Assembly (NCBI GenBank): GCA_977862235.1
Contig: OZ374566.1
Span: 310,001 to 374,000 of the forward strand
Length of the DNA stretch: 64,000 nt
Direction: 5' to 3'
From: Dudresnaya verticillata
Taxonomy: Eukaryota
A program made the translations under genes and the position numbers. This document shows positions 11,245 through 22,300 of the stretch, one piece after another. Position 1 is the stretch's first letter. The number at the start of each line of letters is the position of its first letter. The notes beneath the pieces were generated by a model, which had not been told where the DNA came from, searched no databases, and worked only from the letters and a program-made list of their open reading frames with translations.

Positions 11245-12048
11245 ATGCCTCCGAGAAGAGGCGGCCGCGGACGTGGCATGGTGCGCCCGCGCCCGCCAGC
11301 GGTGATCCGTGAGAGTATGCAGGAGATTGGGTCAGGCTCGCTACTGTCGTATGAGGCGATAGCGCGGATGACGGCGGCCCGGAATGCAAGCGCTTCACGC
11401 GCCTTCTTCCCTCCCCTTCGCGATGACCAGAAGCCGAAGGCGATGCCTCTGGGACCCGGCGAGCGCTGTCTTGTCAAGCTTGCGTTCGATCTGGGTGAAT
11501 CTATCGGCCGGTCACCCCATGCCGTCATTCCACGAAAGGGACAAGACGCGGGAGGGCTTCAAAACCAACTCTCGACATTGCAGAAGTACTACTTTGGACG
11601 TGTGAAAAAAGCCGGAGACAGTTCCGGAACAAGCGATGACGACGCGAAGCGCGAAAACCTTTGGGACGTGGAGAAATGCTGGATCATCCCAGAGACTTTG
11701 CCGCACGAAATACGGCCACTAAGTCTGAGAGAGAATGCTAAGCCGGTGAGGAAGCGACGAAAACTTAACTCGGTGAGTGGTGGACCTAGCATCAGTGATA
11801 TTCTGGCGGGAGCTACAGCGCAGGAGGAGAAGGACGGCCAGGAAGGACCGGCGGATGGGAAAACAGTCGAAGGTGGGGATGCCGAGGAGGACGCTGAGGA
11901 GCAGAACGAAGCGAATGAAGCAAACGTGAGACGGGGAGAGGATGACGATGACCTGGAGTTGGACGCAGACTATCAGACTGGGGCGCGGTTCGATGATGAC
12001 GATGGGTATGAGGAGAACGATAGCGGAGCCGAGGAGGCCACATTCTAA
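11245..12048 (+). CDS. RPC31: RNA polymerase III subunit RPC31/RPC7-like
   Basis: N-terminal RGGRGRG, FFPPL, LP.E segment, and an acidic tail ending DY...FDDDDGYE...EEATF, like Rpc31/POLR3G. Confidence 0.65.
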   Translation: MPPRRGGRGRGMVRPRPPAVIRESMQEIGSGSLLSYEAIARMTAARNASASRAFFPPLRDDQKPKAMPLGPGERCLVKLAFDLGESIGRSPHAVIPRKGQDAGGLQNQLSTLQKYYFGRVKKAGDSSGTSDDDAKRENLWDVEKCWIIPETLPHEIRPLSLRENAKPVRKRRKLNSVSGGPSISDILAGATAQEEKDGQEGPADGKTVEGGDAEEDAEEQNEANEANVRRGEDDDDLELDADYQTGARFDDDDGYEENDSGAEEATF

Positions 12049-12663
12049 CCACCAGGCTTTCGGGGACGCCGTATGTGGTATCAGGTCCTCTTCCGGAAAT
12101 CGCGTTATTGCCATCTCGGGGCTTTTGTATCTGGTTTGGGTTAATTACAAGCTAATCAGAAGGCCCTCACGAACTTAAATGCGCTTCGAAATTAATGTGC
12201 TGTTGAAGAATTCTACCTTGGAGGGGGGACAGCTGCCGAAGTTGGATAACTTTGGCTTCAGCATTTCCCCTCCTATTTGCATGCTACCAAGTGAGAGAGT
12301 CCGGCACAATGAGACAAAGCCAACGTTCCAAAAGTAGCCCTTGGATGAGATTGTGAGCGTTCTAGCACAGAAAAGCTTCCTTTCCTACGCCTTCATGCAG
12401 TCTGTGCTGGGTTTCTGAAACATCCGCAAAGAAGACGAGATATGCAAGGCAAGAGCAGATGGTCTTACTCTGAGCAGGGTCCACCGGAGAGGCGCCCACC
12501 TCAGCCAACCGTTTTCGAGGGCGTAAAGATACAGCCAGTAAGGCGACACGCTCAAATTTCCCAATTTCCAAATTCTGATCGGACATATCACTGTCGCTGT
12601 CGCGCTCGGTGACCCGTCGCCGCCCTCGTCCGACCTGAAGGGCCCCCGACCTGCGCAACGGCA

Positions 12664-14355
12664 ATGTGTGGCATAGCGGCACTTCTGCAATCGCCGCAAA
12701 CCCCATCCGCCCCAGACTGGCAGTTCTGGGCGGGCACCACCACCTCCCAGCCGCCACAGAACTCCCGCACCCCACCCCTAACACCGTCCGATATCACCCC
12801 ACAGCTCACCCGCCGCGGCCCGGACGCAACCCTGCACCAAACAATCCGCATCCCAACCTCAGCAACCCCGTGCACGCTTCACCTAACCCAAACCATCCTC
12901 TCCCACCGCGGCGCCCCTCCGACCACGCTCCAAACACCCGAGGGAAATGTGCTGCTCTACAATGGCGAGCTGTACGACACCCCGTCCGCCGACACCGCCC
13001 ACCTGTCGCACCTCCTTGACGCGCTCTGCGCCGCATCTCCATTCGCTGCCTTCCCGCCGGCGGCACTGCGCCGTCTCGATGCGCTACGCGGCCCGTGGAC
13101 ACTGATCTTCTGGCACGCGCGCGCGCGCCGCCTCTATTTCGCGCGAGACCAGCTCGGCAGGCGCTCGCTGCTGCTGCGTGTGCTGCCGTCGCGCGCGGTC
13201 GAGCTCGTGTCCGTCGCGCCGCGCGCCGCACGGCATGGCTTTTTCGAGGTTCCGCCGCTCGGCCTGGCCTTCATCCACGTCCCCCTGGACGGTCGCTTGT
13301 CGTTTGGAGCGGTCCAAAGGGAGTCTCGCTCGGTTGCCCCCCGCCGAGTGGTCAAGGCAGATGGGCGGCTTGTCGCCGGCAGCGCCAAGGAAATGTATGT
13401 GTCTTTTCTGCCCGCAAACTGGTTGAGAGCGTTTGGGAGTGGCAGGGAACTGCTCGACATTGGCCTGGATCAGTCGGTAGACGGGTTTATCGCGCGCTTT
13501 CGGCATAGCGTGCGAAGGAGGCTTGTTACGAACCGCATGGTGATACCAGGACAATCAAGGTATGCCGTGCTGTTCTCAGGGGGTATCGATTCAATGGTCA
13601 TTGCGCGAGTGCTGGATGAATGCTTGACTCCCGGGGAGGGTATTACGTTGATCAATGTGGCTTTCGGCGCCGACTCGCAGGCTGTGGCGCAGTGTCCCGA
13701 TCGACTAAGCGCCATTTCGGGATGCGAAGAGCTGCGTGCGCTGTCCGAGACGGACAGAGTCTTCGACTTATGCTGCGTGGACGTCGCCCCGGAACAGGCG
13801 GACGAGACGCTTGAAAAGCAGGTACGTTTGCTTGTGCACCCGTGCGACCAGGCCATGGACGCGTCGATAGGCACCGCGATCTGGCTCGCAGCGCGTGCGG
13901 ATGGGAGGTCACATAGCGGGCTGCAGGGAACAGCGAAGGAGGCACGAATTTTGTTCAGCGGGCTCGGCGCGGACGAGCTAATGGGCGGGTACAAGGGTCG
14001 ACACCGGACGATATACCGGACGGAGGGCGTGTACGGTGTGCTGCGAGAGATGGACGCTGATTTGAGCAGACTGTGGTTTCGGAACCTAGGTAGGGACGAC
14101 CGGCTTGTCGCAGACCATGGCAAGGAGGTCCGTCATCCGTTTCTGGATGAGGACCTCATCGAGTTTGTAACTGGCCTCCCTTTGGAGCGGCACGTTTGTG
14201 ACCTCTCAAGACCAGATGGAATTGGCGATAAGCACCTGCTCAGGCGCGCCGCAATAGTTCTTGGTTTGTCGGCTGAGACGGCAAGCCGTTCGAAGCGAGC
14301 GATCCAGTTTGGGTCACGGAGCAAGCAGGTCATTGAGCGCAAAGGTTCTTGTTGA
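12664..14355 (+). CDS. ASNSD1: Asparagine synthetase domain-containing protein 1
   Basis: Motifs MCGI, RRGPD, YNGELY, RDQLGRRSLL, VLFSGGIDS, PDR, SGLGADELMGGY, RNLGRDDR, R.PFLDE, DK.LLR and KRAIQFGSRS. Confidence 0.93.
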   Translation: MCGIAALLQSPQTPSAPDWQFWAGTTTSQPPQNSRTPPLTPSDITPQLTRRGPDATLHQTIRIPTSATPCTLHLTQTILSHRGAPPTTLQTPEGNVLLYNGELYDTPSADTAHLSHLLDALCAASPFAAFPPAALRRLDALRGPWTLIFWHARARRLYFARDQLGRRSLLLRVLPSRAVELVSVAPRAARHGFFEVPPLGLAFIHVPLDGRLSFGAVQRESRSVAPRRVVKADGRLVAGSAKEMYVSFLPANWLRAFGSGRELLDIGLDQSVDGFIARFRHSVRRRLVTNRMVIPGQSRYAVLFSGGIDSMVIARVLDECLTPGEGITLINVAFGADSQAVAQCPDRLSAISGCEELRALSETDRVFDLCCVDVAPEQADETLEKQVRLLVHPCDQAMDASIGTAIWLAARADGRSHSGLQGTAKEARILFSGLGADELMGGYKGRHRTIYRTEGVYGVLREMDADLSRLWFRNLGRDDRLVADHGKEVRHPFLDEDLIEFVTGLPLERHVCDLSRPDGIGDKHLLRRAAIVLGLSAETASRSKRAIQFGSRSKQVIERKGSC

Positions 14356-16266
14356 ACATTTGGAGGCAGTTTTTGGCTTAAGCCAAAGTCTCTAAAGTGC
14401 TCCAATGAGTCCCATTGCCCGTCAACCAACGAAGACTACGAAACAGACGGCTCAACACGCATTAACGCGAACTTGTCCGCCACCCGGCTGGCTCACATCC
14501 GCATAGAGTGCTTGTCATAGCCTAGAGACTAGTACCCCAGACTCGCAGCAAGTGAGAGGATGCATTGACGAATACGAGTGCGGCGAACGTTGCGCGTGGT
14601 ACCGTTGAATGTTGCTCTTCGATCCAAACACTCTTCAGATTGGGCTTCACTGCCCAACCGCACAACATATCGCGCCGTGAAGCTGGTATTGAAAAAAAAA
14701 CGTCTGAATCTGATCTTCCACATAAGGTCTCTTTGGGAATCCACGGTTGTGCTTCCGACATGCCTTCTACAAACCATTTGCAATGAACAACCGTACATGG
14801 CAATACTGTAGTTCCTCGACTTAGTCTGGGACCAGCAGATCCATCCCACCAGCTCTGGCGAGCCAACAATGCTACGTGCAAAACAGACCAATCCTTTTGC
14901 AGAGCAGTGGGATACGTCCAATAAGGAGTCGCCCTGAGATCTATTCGATTGCCAAAAAGTCTTGATTTGACGGAAAATGAGAAACAAGCCTCACCTCGTT
15001 CTTTCTTTTTCGTTCTTTCTTTTTAACGCTTGGCTTCTTTGCAAACGCAGCATCCCTACCGCATCGACCACAGGATCCCGTGCGATTCGATGGACTGATT
15101 CTCATCCTTACCTCGCGTCGTCCCGCCCGCGGCTTCGAGCTACAAGCCGCCTCTCTCGTCGCAACACACGAGGCGTCCTAGAAGGCACTCTTGCTCGCTC
15201 GGGGTCGTGGATGTTCAGATCATGGGAATGGCGGGGGTATCGTGCACGATGATCCACAAGGAGTAGCGTGCTGCTGCGACGTGCCGTGCCCCCGTGCCTT
15301 GAGGCGAGGTCAAGAAATCGAGCGAGCGTATCTACTGGTTCACGGCCTGTGGTTTTGGGAGCGGGAGACATGGGTCCGCAGCTATCGGCGGAGAGGTCCT
15401 CACGTAGTTCAACCCAAACCGCAAAAACATATTCCTCGCATCAGCGAGGCGAAGGCATCGGCTTTACCAGAACGCTGATAGAGCACAGCGCCTCTTCCTG
15501 ATGTTGGCCACTCCGCGGTTACGGGCCATGTCCTCGATGACTACCAGGCTGCCTGCCAAAGGGAACTTGGGCTCCTTCAACGTAGGCCTTGGCGAAAACA
15601 CACAAGAAGCGGCGCATCTCCCCAACTGACTCAGTATCATTTCGGGCTACTAATAGAATTTGCGTTCTTATCGAACCAGGTTACGTCCTCCACCTGTGAG
15701 GCGTGGGCGCAACTCGAGAGCCCACAACGGGTACACAAGATGCTTGAGAAAGCGCTTGCATGCGCCTCCACACTGATGCAGTCGGACAGTCGACATGTAG
15801 TTATGCTCTGAATCGTCATATATTGATATTCCAGACGGAGGTCGTGCACGTTGTGTTCCGAGAAAGGAAACAGGCCTAAAAAGGCTCGGATCAGATACCT
15901 CAGCGGTAATAGCAAGTCTAGCAAGCCCGTTTCCGACCACGGGAAGACGGTACGGTTCTACCCCTCAACTGGACACAGTCGAGCCTGCCGAGCTGTCCCG
16001 TTGCACCAGCACGAATGTGGCCTCGTGACACCTGAGGGGGTGATGGCCATAACAACCGGCCCCGGAATGCTACAATGCTGCTTGCTGCAATCCTTCTTGG
16101 CTTGTCGGAAATGTCTTTCCGTAGAAGCGAGCTATCAAGTTTGGGTCCCAGGGCATGCTGGCCATTGAGCAGAAATGTTCCCGCTTTTGCATCTGAAGGG
16201 GCCTTTCACTTGAGCGAAGCGAAAGTCTCCCAAATGCCAAGAGATGTATCGCAATAGCTGTTGCTG

Positions 16267-17351
16267 CTATACAACAAAAGAAAATGACCGTACAGGCGGC
16301 TCCATGTAGACATCCACGACCTCGCCAGTGACCCCACCGACAGACTTAAGGCGCGAGTAACCTCCTGCCGCCATGAGACCCGTGCCTGGGTGGACAGCGA
16401 GTGCATACACGCCCTTGACAGAGGCGGGGGCAGCAGGCGCTGTGGCGGGACGGCACTGCAGGTCAAGCGCGATCAAGACAGGATCTTGCTTCGGGTCGAC
16501 GCAGTCAGACCCGCCGATGTAGAAGGACCCACTAGCGAATGCTGCCACCTGTGGAATCAACGGCGTCCCCAACGACCCCACCGTCGAGGAACTTCCCACG
16601 TGCACCGTCCACGCGCACTTCTGCTGCTCGCCCGCGACCACGAATGTACCGTCCATGTTCGTCGCCAGGCACGTTATGGCTGAACTGCTCTGCAGGCGAA
16701 CGGTGCGCACCGCCGTCCGCCCGGCACGGCAATCGTAGTATCGTAGGGTCCCGTCGTCGCAGCCCTATGCGCATAGTCGCAGTCAATCAAGAGGAGACAT
16801 GTTAGACACCACCCGAGCAAGTCGCACACACGACATTGCATACCACCGGAAGGTTCGCTCGACGAGTGACTACTTACTGCCAGGAACTGCCCGCCGTCAG
16901 CAGGCAGGGCTGCCAAGCATCGCACGGCTTCTCCGCCGATGAGGCCGACCGCCTCGCCGCGCTCCTCATCCACGAGCGCGATGCCACCGGGGGCAAGGGC
17001 TGCGGCTACAACGGCATGTGCGACGTTCGCGACAGCTCGTACATGGACAGAGTCAAGAACGCGGGACGGGGTAGCCGTGCACCAATTGAGACGCTCCAGT
17101 CCAGTTTTGCTGGCTGCATACACGCCGGCCTCGCCTGTCGCCAGAGCGATGCCGCCGCTCGATAGCTGCGACGAGGACACCGCGGACGCGCCCTCCCGGT
17201 TGAGGGAGTGGATCGAGACATGGCCAGACGTTGATAACGCGGCTAGATGCGCGCCTGAGGGGTCGAAGGAAAGGCCCGTGGTCAGGCCGCTTTGCAGAGC
17301 GTTCTGGGTTCGCAGATGTGCGGCGTAGGCGGCGGCGTCGAAGAAGGGCAT
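16267..17351 (-). CDS. THOC6: WD40 protein, THO complex subunit 6-like, 2 exons (17351-16878, 16764-16267)
   Basis: Intron 16877-16765 (GTAAGT...CTAAC...TAG) gives FLA|GCDDGTLRYYDCR. The N-terminus (FDAAAY...STSGHVSIHSL) and C-terminus (VYALAVHP..MAAGGY...VVDV) resemble plant THOC6/DWA1. Confidence 0.65.
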
Positions 17352-18382
17352 GGTGAAGTGGAGCGTTGCATGCAGGCGTGGGTGACAGCAGTTGGGGGAG
17401 GTTAGCACGACTGCAAGGCTTGAAGACGAGGGCACCAGAACGGGTTGAGCGGGAATTGCGGGGCTTCAAGCAGATCTAATCCGCGCTATACAGTAGAGGT
17501 GGCTCTGAGCTGTGGTGCAGTACTGTAATTCTTTGTTGCCATGGCACAGGCCCTGAAATTATCGAAATGCAGCCCGCGAGTAGTCGTAGTAGTAGTTCCC
17601 GCAGTTCAGAAAGCTTCGCCTACGCATCAATAGTCAAGCCAACCTAATAGAAGGAAGCTCGGCGCTTCAGATGCTCTGCAGCGGTCTGGCCGATTATCAG
17701 GCGTTGCCGGTCTCCCCCGGGTGAGTCAAGTGGCCGGAGAGTGAATTTCTCCCACTCCGTGAGACAGAGAGGGAAAGGAGGTCATTTTGTGTCACGGTTC
17801 GTGAGAAAGTTGCGTCAAATTGGGCCAGCATTTCAACATCAAACAAGACTCCTGGTGACCCAACCTTACATGTCTCAACTTCACGCCTTCAAGGTGCTTC
17901 GCAATGGAGCGCCCCGTCACCTTGCCCATCCCTTTTCTTGTCCGAATGATATGCCTCTCACAGTTCTCACATGCCTGACTGATGACCCGAACGCCGATGT
18001 GTACTCAGCCATACTCAGAAAACGCAGCTTCTGCCCTTGTTATGTCCAATTTCTCTGACAATGTCTCACGTCGTCGGCAGCAAAAAAACGTAAGCGTGTA
18101 CGGCCGCTTCCCCATAGCACTTGACGACACATGAAGCACTCCCAGGGCCGACCGTATGCTAGTACGGTATAAATATCCCATCGAGACTTCTCGTCGCTCC
18201 AATATTATCTCTCTCTCGACAAAGGCGACCTGCGAACATCAGTGAAGGAAAGCTGCTTAGGTTCTGGACCTGTTTCCGCTTCACATTACCTTCTCTATAT
18301 CACGCAGCGCTGCCCAGCGTCGTCTCCGGCCGCTATTGTGCCCTTGCACACCGTCACAGATAGAGCGGTATTGGGTTACACC

Positions 18383-21300
18383 ATGTCTTCCCAGAGGGCT
18401 CCGGCAAACACCTCCTGTGAAGATGCCGCACCCATTACGCTTCTGGCCCTCGGAAGACAGTTTGAGCTTGGCATGCTTTACGATGCGCGAACTGGAGATT
18501 CTTATGCAGGTGTCTCGCCCTGGCCCCTCGCCCAGATCCTAAATAACCAGCAGGTTGTTGAACAGAGAGATACTAAGTTTCACTTCTCCAGTTCCCTGAC
18601 AGACATTCGCTCCCAAGCAGGCTTGGACGCAGAAGGCGAGCTGTCTGTTGATTTTGGGATATTCAACCTGGCTGGATCCGCAAAATATCTTGACCATAAG
18701 AAGAAGTCAAAGTATGAGGCTAATGTCTTTGTATCCTGTTATGTGGAGAACCAAGTCCGACGCATTCCACAGGAAGATCTTGCCAGAATTCCTTATGAAC
18801 AGCGTCTGGAAAACGAAAAGTACACACATTTTGTGGCAGAGGTCGTAGAGGGTGGTGCAGCGGCTATTACCTTCTCGCAGCAATGCGCGAATAGTGATGA
18901 GCAAAAGAGGGTAGAAGGCGCTTTAGCAGGCGGACTTAAGAAGTCTATATCCGTTTCAGGAAACGTCAAAGTTGGCTCGGATGAACAAGAGAAGATCTAT
19001 AAGAGCGTTGAAATTAAAGCCTACGGTGACGTCAAGACCGCTGTTGGGAGTATTGATCAAGCTGTAAATGTTGGAAAGGAGCTGCCACAGACGCTGACGG
19101 AGTGTAAAAACACATTGAGAGTTACGCTGCTTCCACTGTCGACAATCGACACTACAGCTCAGCGAAAAATTCGCTCTCTGGATACAATCACTCTGAAGGA
19201 AATGTCAACGACGTTAAGTTCGCTAGAGCAGGCCGCGCTGGACATCCAACAGATCCTCCAACTCGACATCTTGAAAATGTTTCCGATATTGAAGAGGCAA
19301 TATCAACGCTTTTACAAAGCAGTCGATTCCAGAGCAATTGTGTTCCGCGACACAGTGCGCAGCCTGCTTCCCCAGGTGAAGGACGGAAACACAGATCAGG
19401 CCGAAGTCATGCGCGATCTTGAAAAAGCCATCTGCGTTGCAAAACGCCAGGCAGAAGTAGCTCAGGCCTTTATTGAGGCGAAGCAACAGGAGTGCCGAGT
19501 TCTCGATGTGACTACTGCGAATCTCTTCAAGCAAGGCTTCGATGACTACCGCGATTCAGTAGATAATCTTGCTTCCGTCGTATCAGAGAATAGCAAACCG
19601 CGTCTATTGCTTTCTTTCGCTGGGATTAAGGCGACACACAGATTTGAGAATCAACTCTCCCGTGCTTCTCATGCTTCTGGAGAGAGCATATCGAGCTCTG
19701 AGACGTCGCCTGAAGGGGACCACTCGGCCAGTGACATTGATGACGAAGATGGGGACTGGTTTGAGGACAACGCGACTTTGGAGTACTTGGGAAGATCCTC
19801 TGAGGTTTTGCGAAAGCTGAGGCATAACAATCGTCTAGCTGAGTTCGAGGCCTTATATGGAGTGACGACTGCTGGTCGAGCATTCCGCGCTGACGGCCGT
19901 AAAATGAAGAAGACTCGTATCGGAGATATTGTCCTAGAGGCAAACGGACGACGACAAATTGTCACTCCTGTTATGCTTGGACCTCCGAATCTTTCATGCA
20001 CCGTTAACAAGCAGACTGTCAAAGTCGCATGGGATCCTACTGATAGCGAAGTTCTTCCTGCAACGGGGTTTCGAATCTCCTATCAACCTACACGGAATGC
20101 CGATCTCGACGAATTTGATCAAGCCGTCGCAGCCAATGAGCCAGTCGAGTACTTGGTGCAGCCTGATGGGGACAGCAGACAAGCAGCTCTCGCTGACTTG
20201 AGGTCCTTTACAGACTATCGCATTGCTATTCAGAAAAAGACTGCTCTCGGCTTTTCTTCATTCAGTGACTATGCAATTGTACGGACAGAAAAAAAGCCTT
20301 CTGTGGCGTCTGACTTGATCACTTTCTTCTTGAATGAAAAATCGCACCTCCAAGGTCCGAAGGTTACACCTGACAATCCCAGGCACGAGATATCACAATC
20401 AGGGAACAATGCTACAGACAAAAAAAGAAACCCTTGGGAACAGAGTGGTGGGCGCAAGGGCTGGGAAATGCAAGGTGACAGCCTCTTTCTGGGATTTAAG
20501 ACATCAGCAATTCACGGCACGAGAGGGGAGATTCATGTGATAGTGGTCGACGTTGTCCCGGAGTTTAAACAGGATATTCCCCTTGGTGCAGAGAAGGATG
20601 CTAAAGTTATCATGCTGGTCGGCAAGACAGGTGTTGGGAAAACTACAGAGATCAACGCCCTTGTTTCCTACCTCCTTGAAGGAGCACTCGGTGACAGCCA
20701 TCGCCTGATGCTGGTCGATGACCGGGGTGTAAATGAAGTGGACTCTGTGACGCGGTACATCACTGTCTATCGCATCCGGTCATTGTCTGACCGTTGCCGA
20801 AAGCTGGGAGATGGCTCTATTTATATCGTGGATACGCCAGGGTATGGAGACACTGACGGACACGCTCGAGATACATTCATTACCAGAGCGATGTCTCAAC
20901 TGTTCAAAACGATCACACACGTGAACGCTGTAATATTTACATCGGTATCCAACGAGACGAGGGCGGGCCCAAGTCTCGTGGGTGTCGCCACACATATTTT
21001 CCAGCTATTCAGTAAGGATGTCCGAGGGTGCCTTAGGACCGTTCTGACCTACTCTGATGCTGGTAAAGCACCTGCAATTGACGTTCTCGAAAGTTTGGGC
21101 TGGCCAGTGAAGCAAAATGGATACGTTGAGGTGAACAACGCAGCCTTCAAGATCACCGGTCGGGTAACCGAAAATTTGAAGCGTTGGTGGAATATGTCAT
21201 TGAGCGGGCAATGCGAACTTGTCAAAATGATTTCCCTTATGCCACCAGTATCGACGGCGAAGAGTGCGCAAGTGACAGATAAACGGATGACCTTGCAGCA

Positions 21301-22300
21301 AAAGTGTGAACTCGCGGAGAAAAAGGTATACGACACGGCGAACAAATCGCAGATACTTCTTGCTAATATGGATGCTTTGGCGAATGCTGTGGGTGCTTCC
21401 CCGAAGGATAAGATAGCTGTAACGAAGACTGAGACCTTTCAGGAAGACATACCTAATGGGAAGTATACGACGCTCTGCACGACTTGCAACCATACATGTC
21501 ATGAACTTTGCCAGGTTGCGGATGACGCCAGGAAGGCATGGTGCGCTGCGATGGACTGGTCCGGCAAATGTAAAATATGCCCTGGCAAGTGCTCCTGGCG
21601 GTCACACAAAAACGCTCGCTTCATCATACGAGCAAGGGAGAAAACTGAGATGGTGATTCCAGAAGAGCTCATTAAGGAATGGAACCAAAACACAAATACC
21701 CTGGAAGGCGCACTGTTGGATGCCCTCAACAAGTTCCTTGATATTCAAGACGAGCTGCTTTCGGAAATCAAAGCTCTTCACAGTCTTACTTGCGAACTTC
21801 GAAACATTGCTCTGAAACACGATCCAAAAGCGCTTTTGAAGTATATTGAGGAACTTATTCGAGCAGCAAGAGCACAGGGAGCGCACCCGGAACAGTTGCA
21901 AGCTCTTCACTCGGCCAAAAACGTCTTGGTTATTAGTGATGTGTTGGCAAAAACAAACATCATTCCGCAGGACACAAAAGCTCTTATGGATGTGGTTTCC
22001 ATGGTCCGCGAAGAGTTGCAAAAACGAAATGAAATGCCGCACCAGGAGCGAGTTCGGGCAGAGGAGCAGCCTAGTTCGCTATACAACGATGTTCTAGAAC
22101 GTCTGCCTTCTTCGATTCGGAACATCCCGGGATTCCCAGAGCCGCTAAAGGCAAAGGCACTGGATTTTGCTAGCAACTTTGTGAAGACTGGAAATTTCAA
22201 GACTGATGCAAAGTTTAAGGACAACCTAAAGGCAATCATCAAGCTGATCGGATTCCTCCTTAAGCACGGTGCTATCCACAGTGTTGGGTGCAGTGACTAA
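18383..22300 (+). CDS. 1305-aa multidomain protein: stonustoxin-like MACPF/CDC + helical/THX-like + FN3 + septin/AIG1-like GTPase + Cys/His-rich + helical tail
   Basis: LALGRQFELGMLYDAR and THFVAEVVEGG (SNTX-like); FN3 pattern V.W...F.I.Y...L...TDY.I.I; G1 GKTGVGKT, G3 DTPG, G4-like TYSD; CTTCNHTCHELC...C...CKICPGKC...H. Single exon. Confidence 0.85.
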   Translation: MSSQRAPANTSCEDAAPITLLALGRQFELGMLYDARTGDSYAGVSPWPLAQILNNQQVVEQRDTKFHFSSSLTDIRSQAGLDAEGELSVDFGIFNLAGSAKYLDHKKKSKYEANVFVSCYVENQVRRIPQEDLARIPYEQRLENEKYTHFVAEVVEGGAAAITFSQQCANSDEQKRVEGALAGGLKKSISVSGNVKVGSDEQEKIYKSVEIKAYGDVKTAVGSIDQAVNVGKELPQTLTECKNTLRVTLLPLSTIDTTAQRKIRSLDTITLKEMSTTLSSLEQAALDIQQILQLDILKMFPILKRQYQRFYKAVDSRAIVFRDTVRSLLPQVKDGNTDQAEVMRDLEKAICVAKRQAEVAQAFIEAKQQECRVLDVTTANLFKQGFDDYRDSVDNLASVVSENSKPRLLLSFAGIKATHRFENQLSRASHASGESISSSETSPEGDHSASDIDDEDGDWFEDNATLEYLGRSSEVLRKLRHNNRLAEFEALYGVTTAGRAFRADGRKMKKTRIGDIVLEANGRRQIVTPVMLGPPNLSCTVNKQTVKVAWDPTDSEVLPATGFRISYQPTRNADLDEFDQAVAANEPVEYLVQPDGDSRQAALADLRSFTDYRIAIQKKTALGFSSFSDYAIVRTEKKPSVASDLITFFLNEKSHLQGPKVTPDNPRHEISQSGNNATDKKRNPWEQSGGRKGWEMQGDSLFLGFKTSAIHGTRGEIHVIVVDVVPEFKQDIPLGAEKDAKVIMLVGKTGVGKTTEINALVSYLLEGALGDSHRLMLVDDRGVNEVDSVTRYITVYRIRSLSDRCRKLGDGSIYIVDTPGYGDTDGHARDTFITRAMSQLFKTITHVNAVIFTSVSNETRAGPSLVGVATHIFQLFSKDVRGCLRTVLTYSDAGKAPAIDVLESLGWPVKQNGYVEVNNAAFKITGRVTENLKRWWNMSLSGQCELVKMISLMPPVSTAKSAQVTDKRMTLQQKCELAEKKVYDTANKSQILLANMDALANAVGASPKDKIAVTKTETFQEDIPNGKYTTLCTTCNHTCHELCQVADDARKAWCAAMDWSGKCKICPGKCSWRSHKNARFIIRAREKTEMVIPEELIKEWNQNTNTLEGALLDALNKFLDIQDELLSEIKALHSLTCELRNIALKHDPKALLKYIEELIRAARAQGAHPEQLQALHSAKNVLVISDVLAKTNIIPQDTKALMDVVSMVREELQKRNEMPHQERVRAEEQPSSLYNDVLERLPSSIRNIPGFPEPLKAKALDFASNFVKTGNFKTDAKFKDNLKAIIKLIGFLLKHGAIHSVGCSD

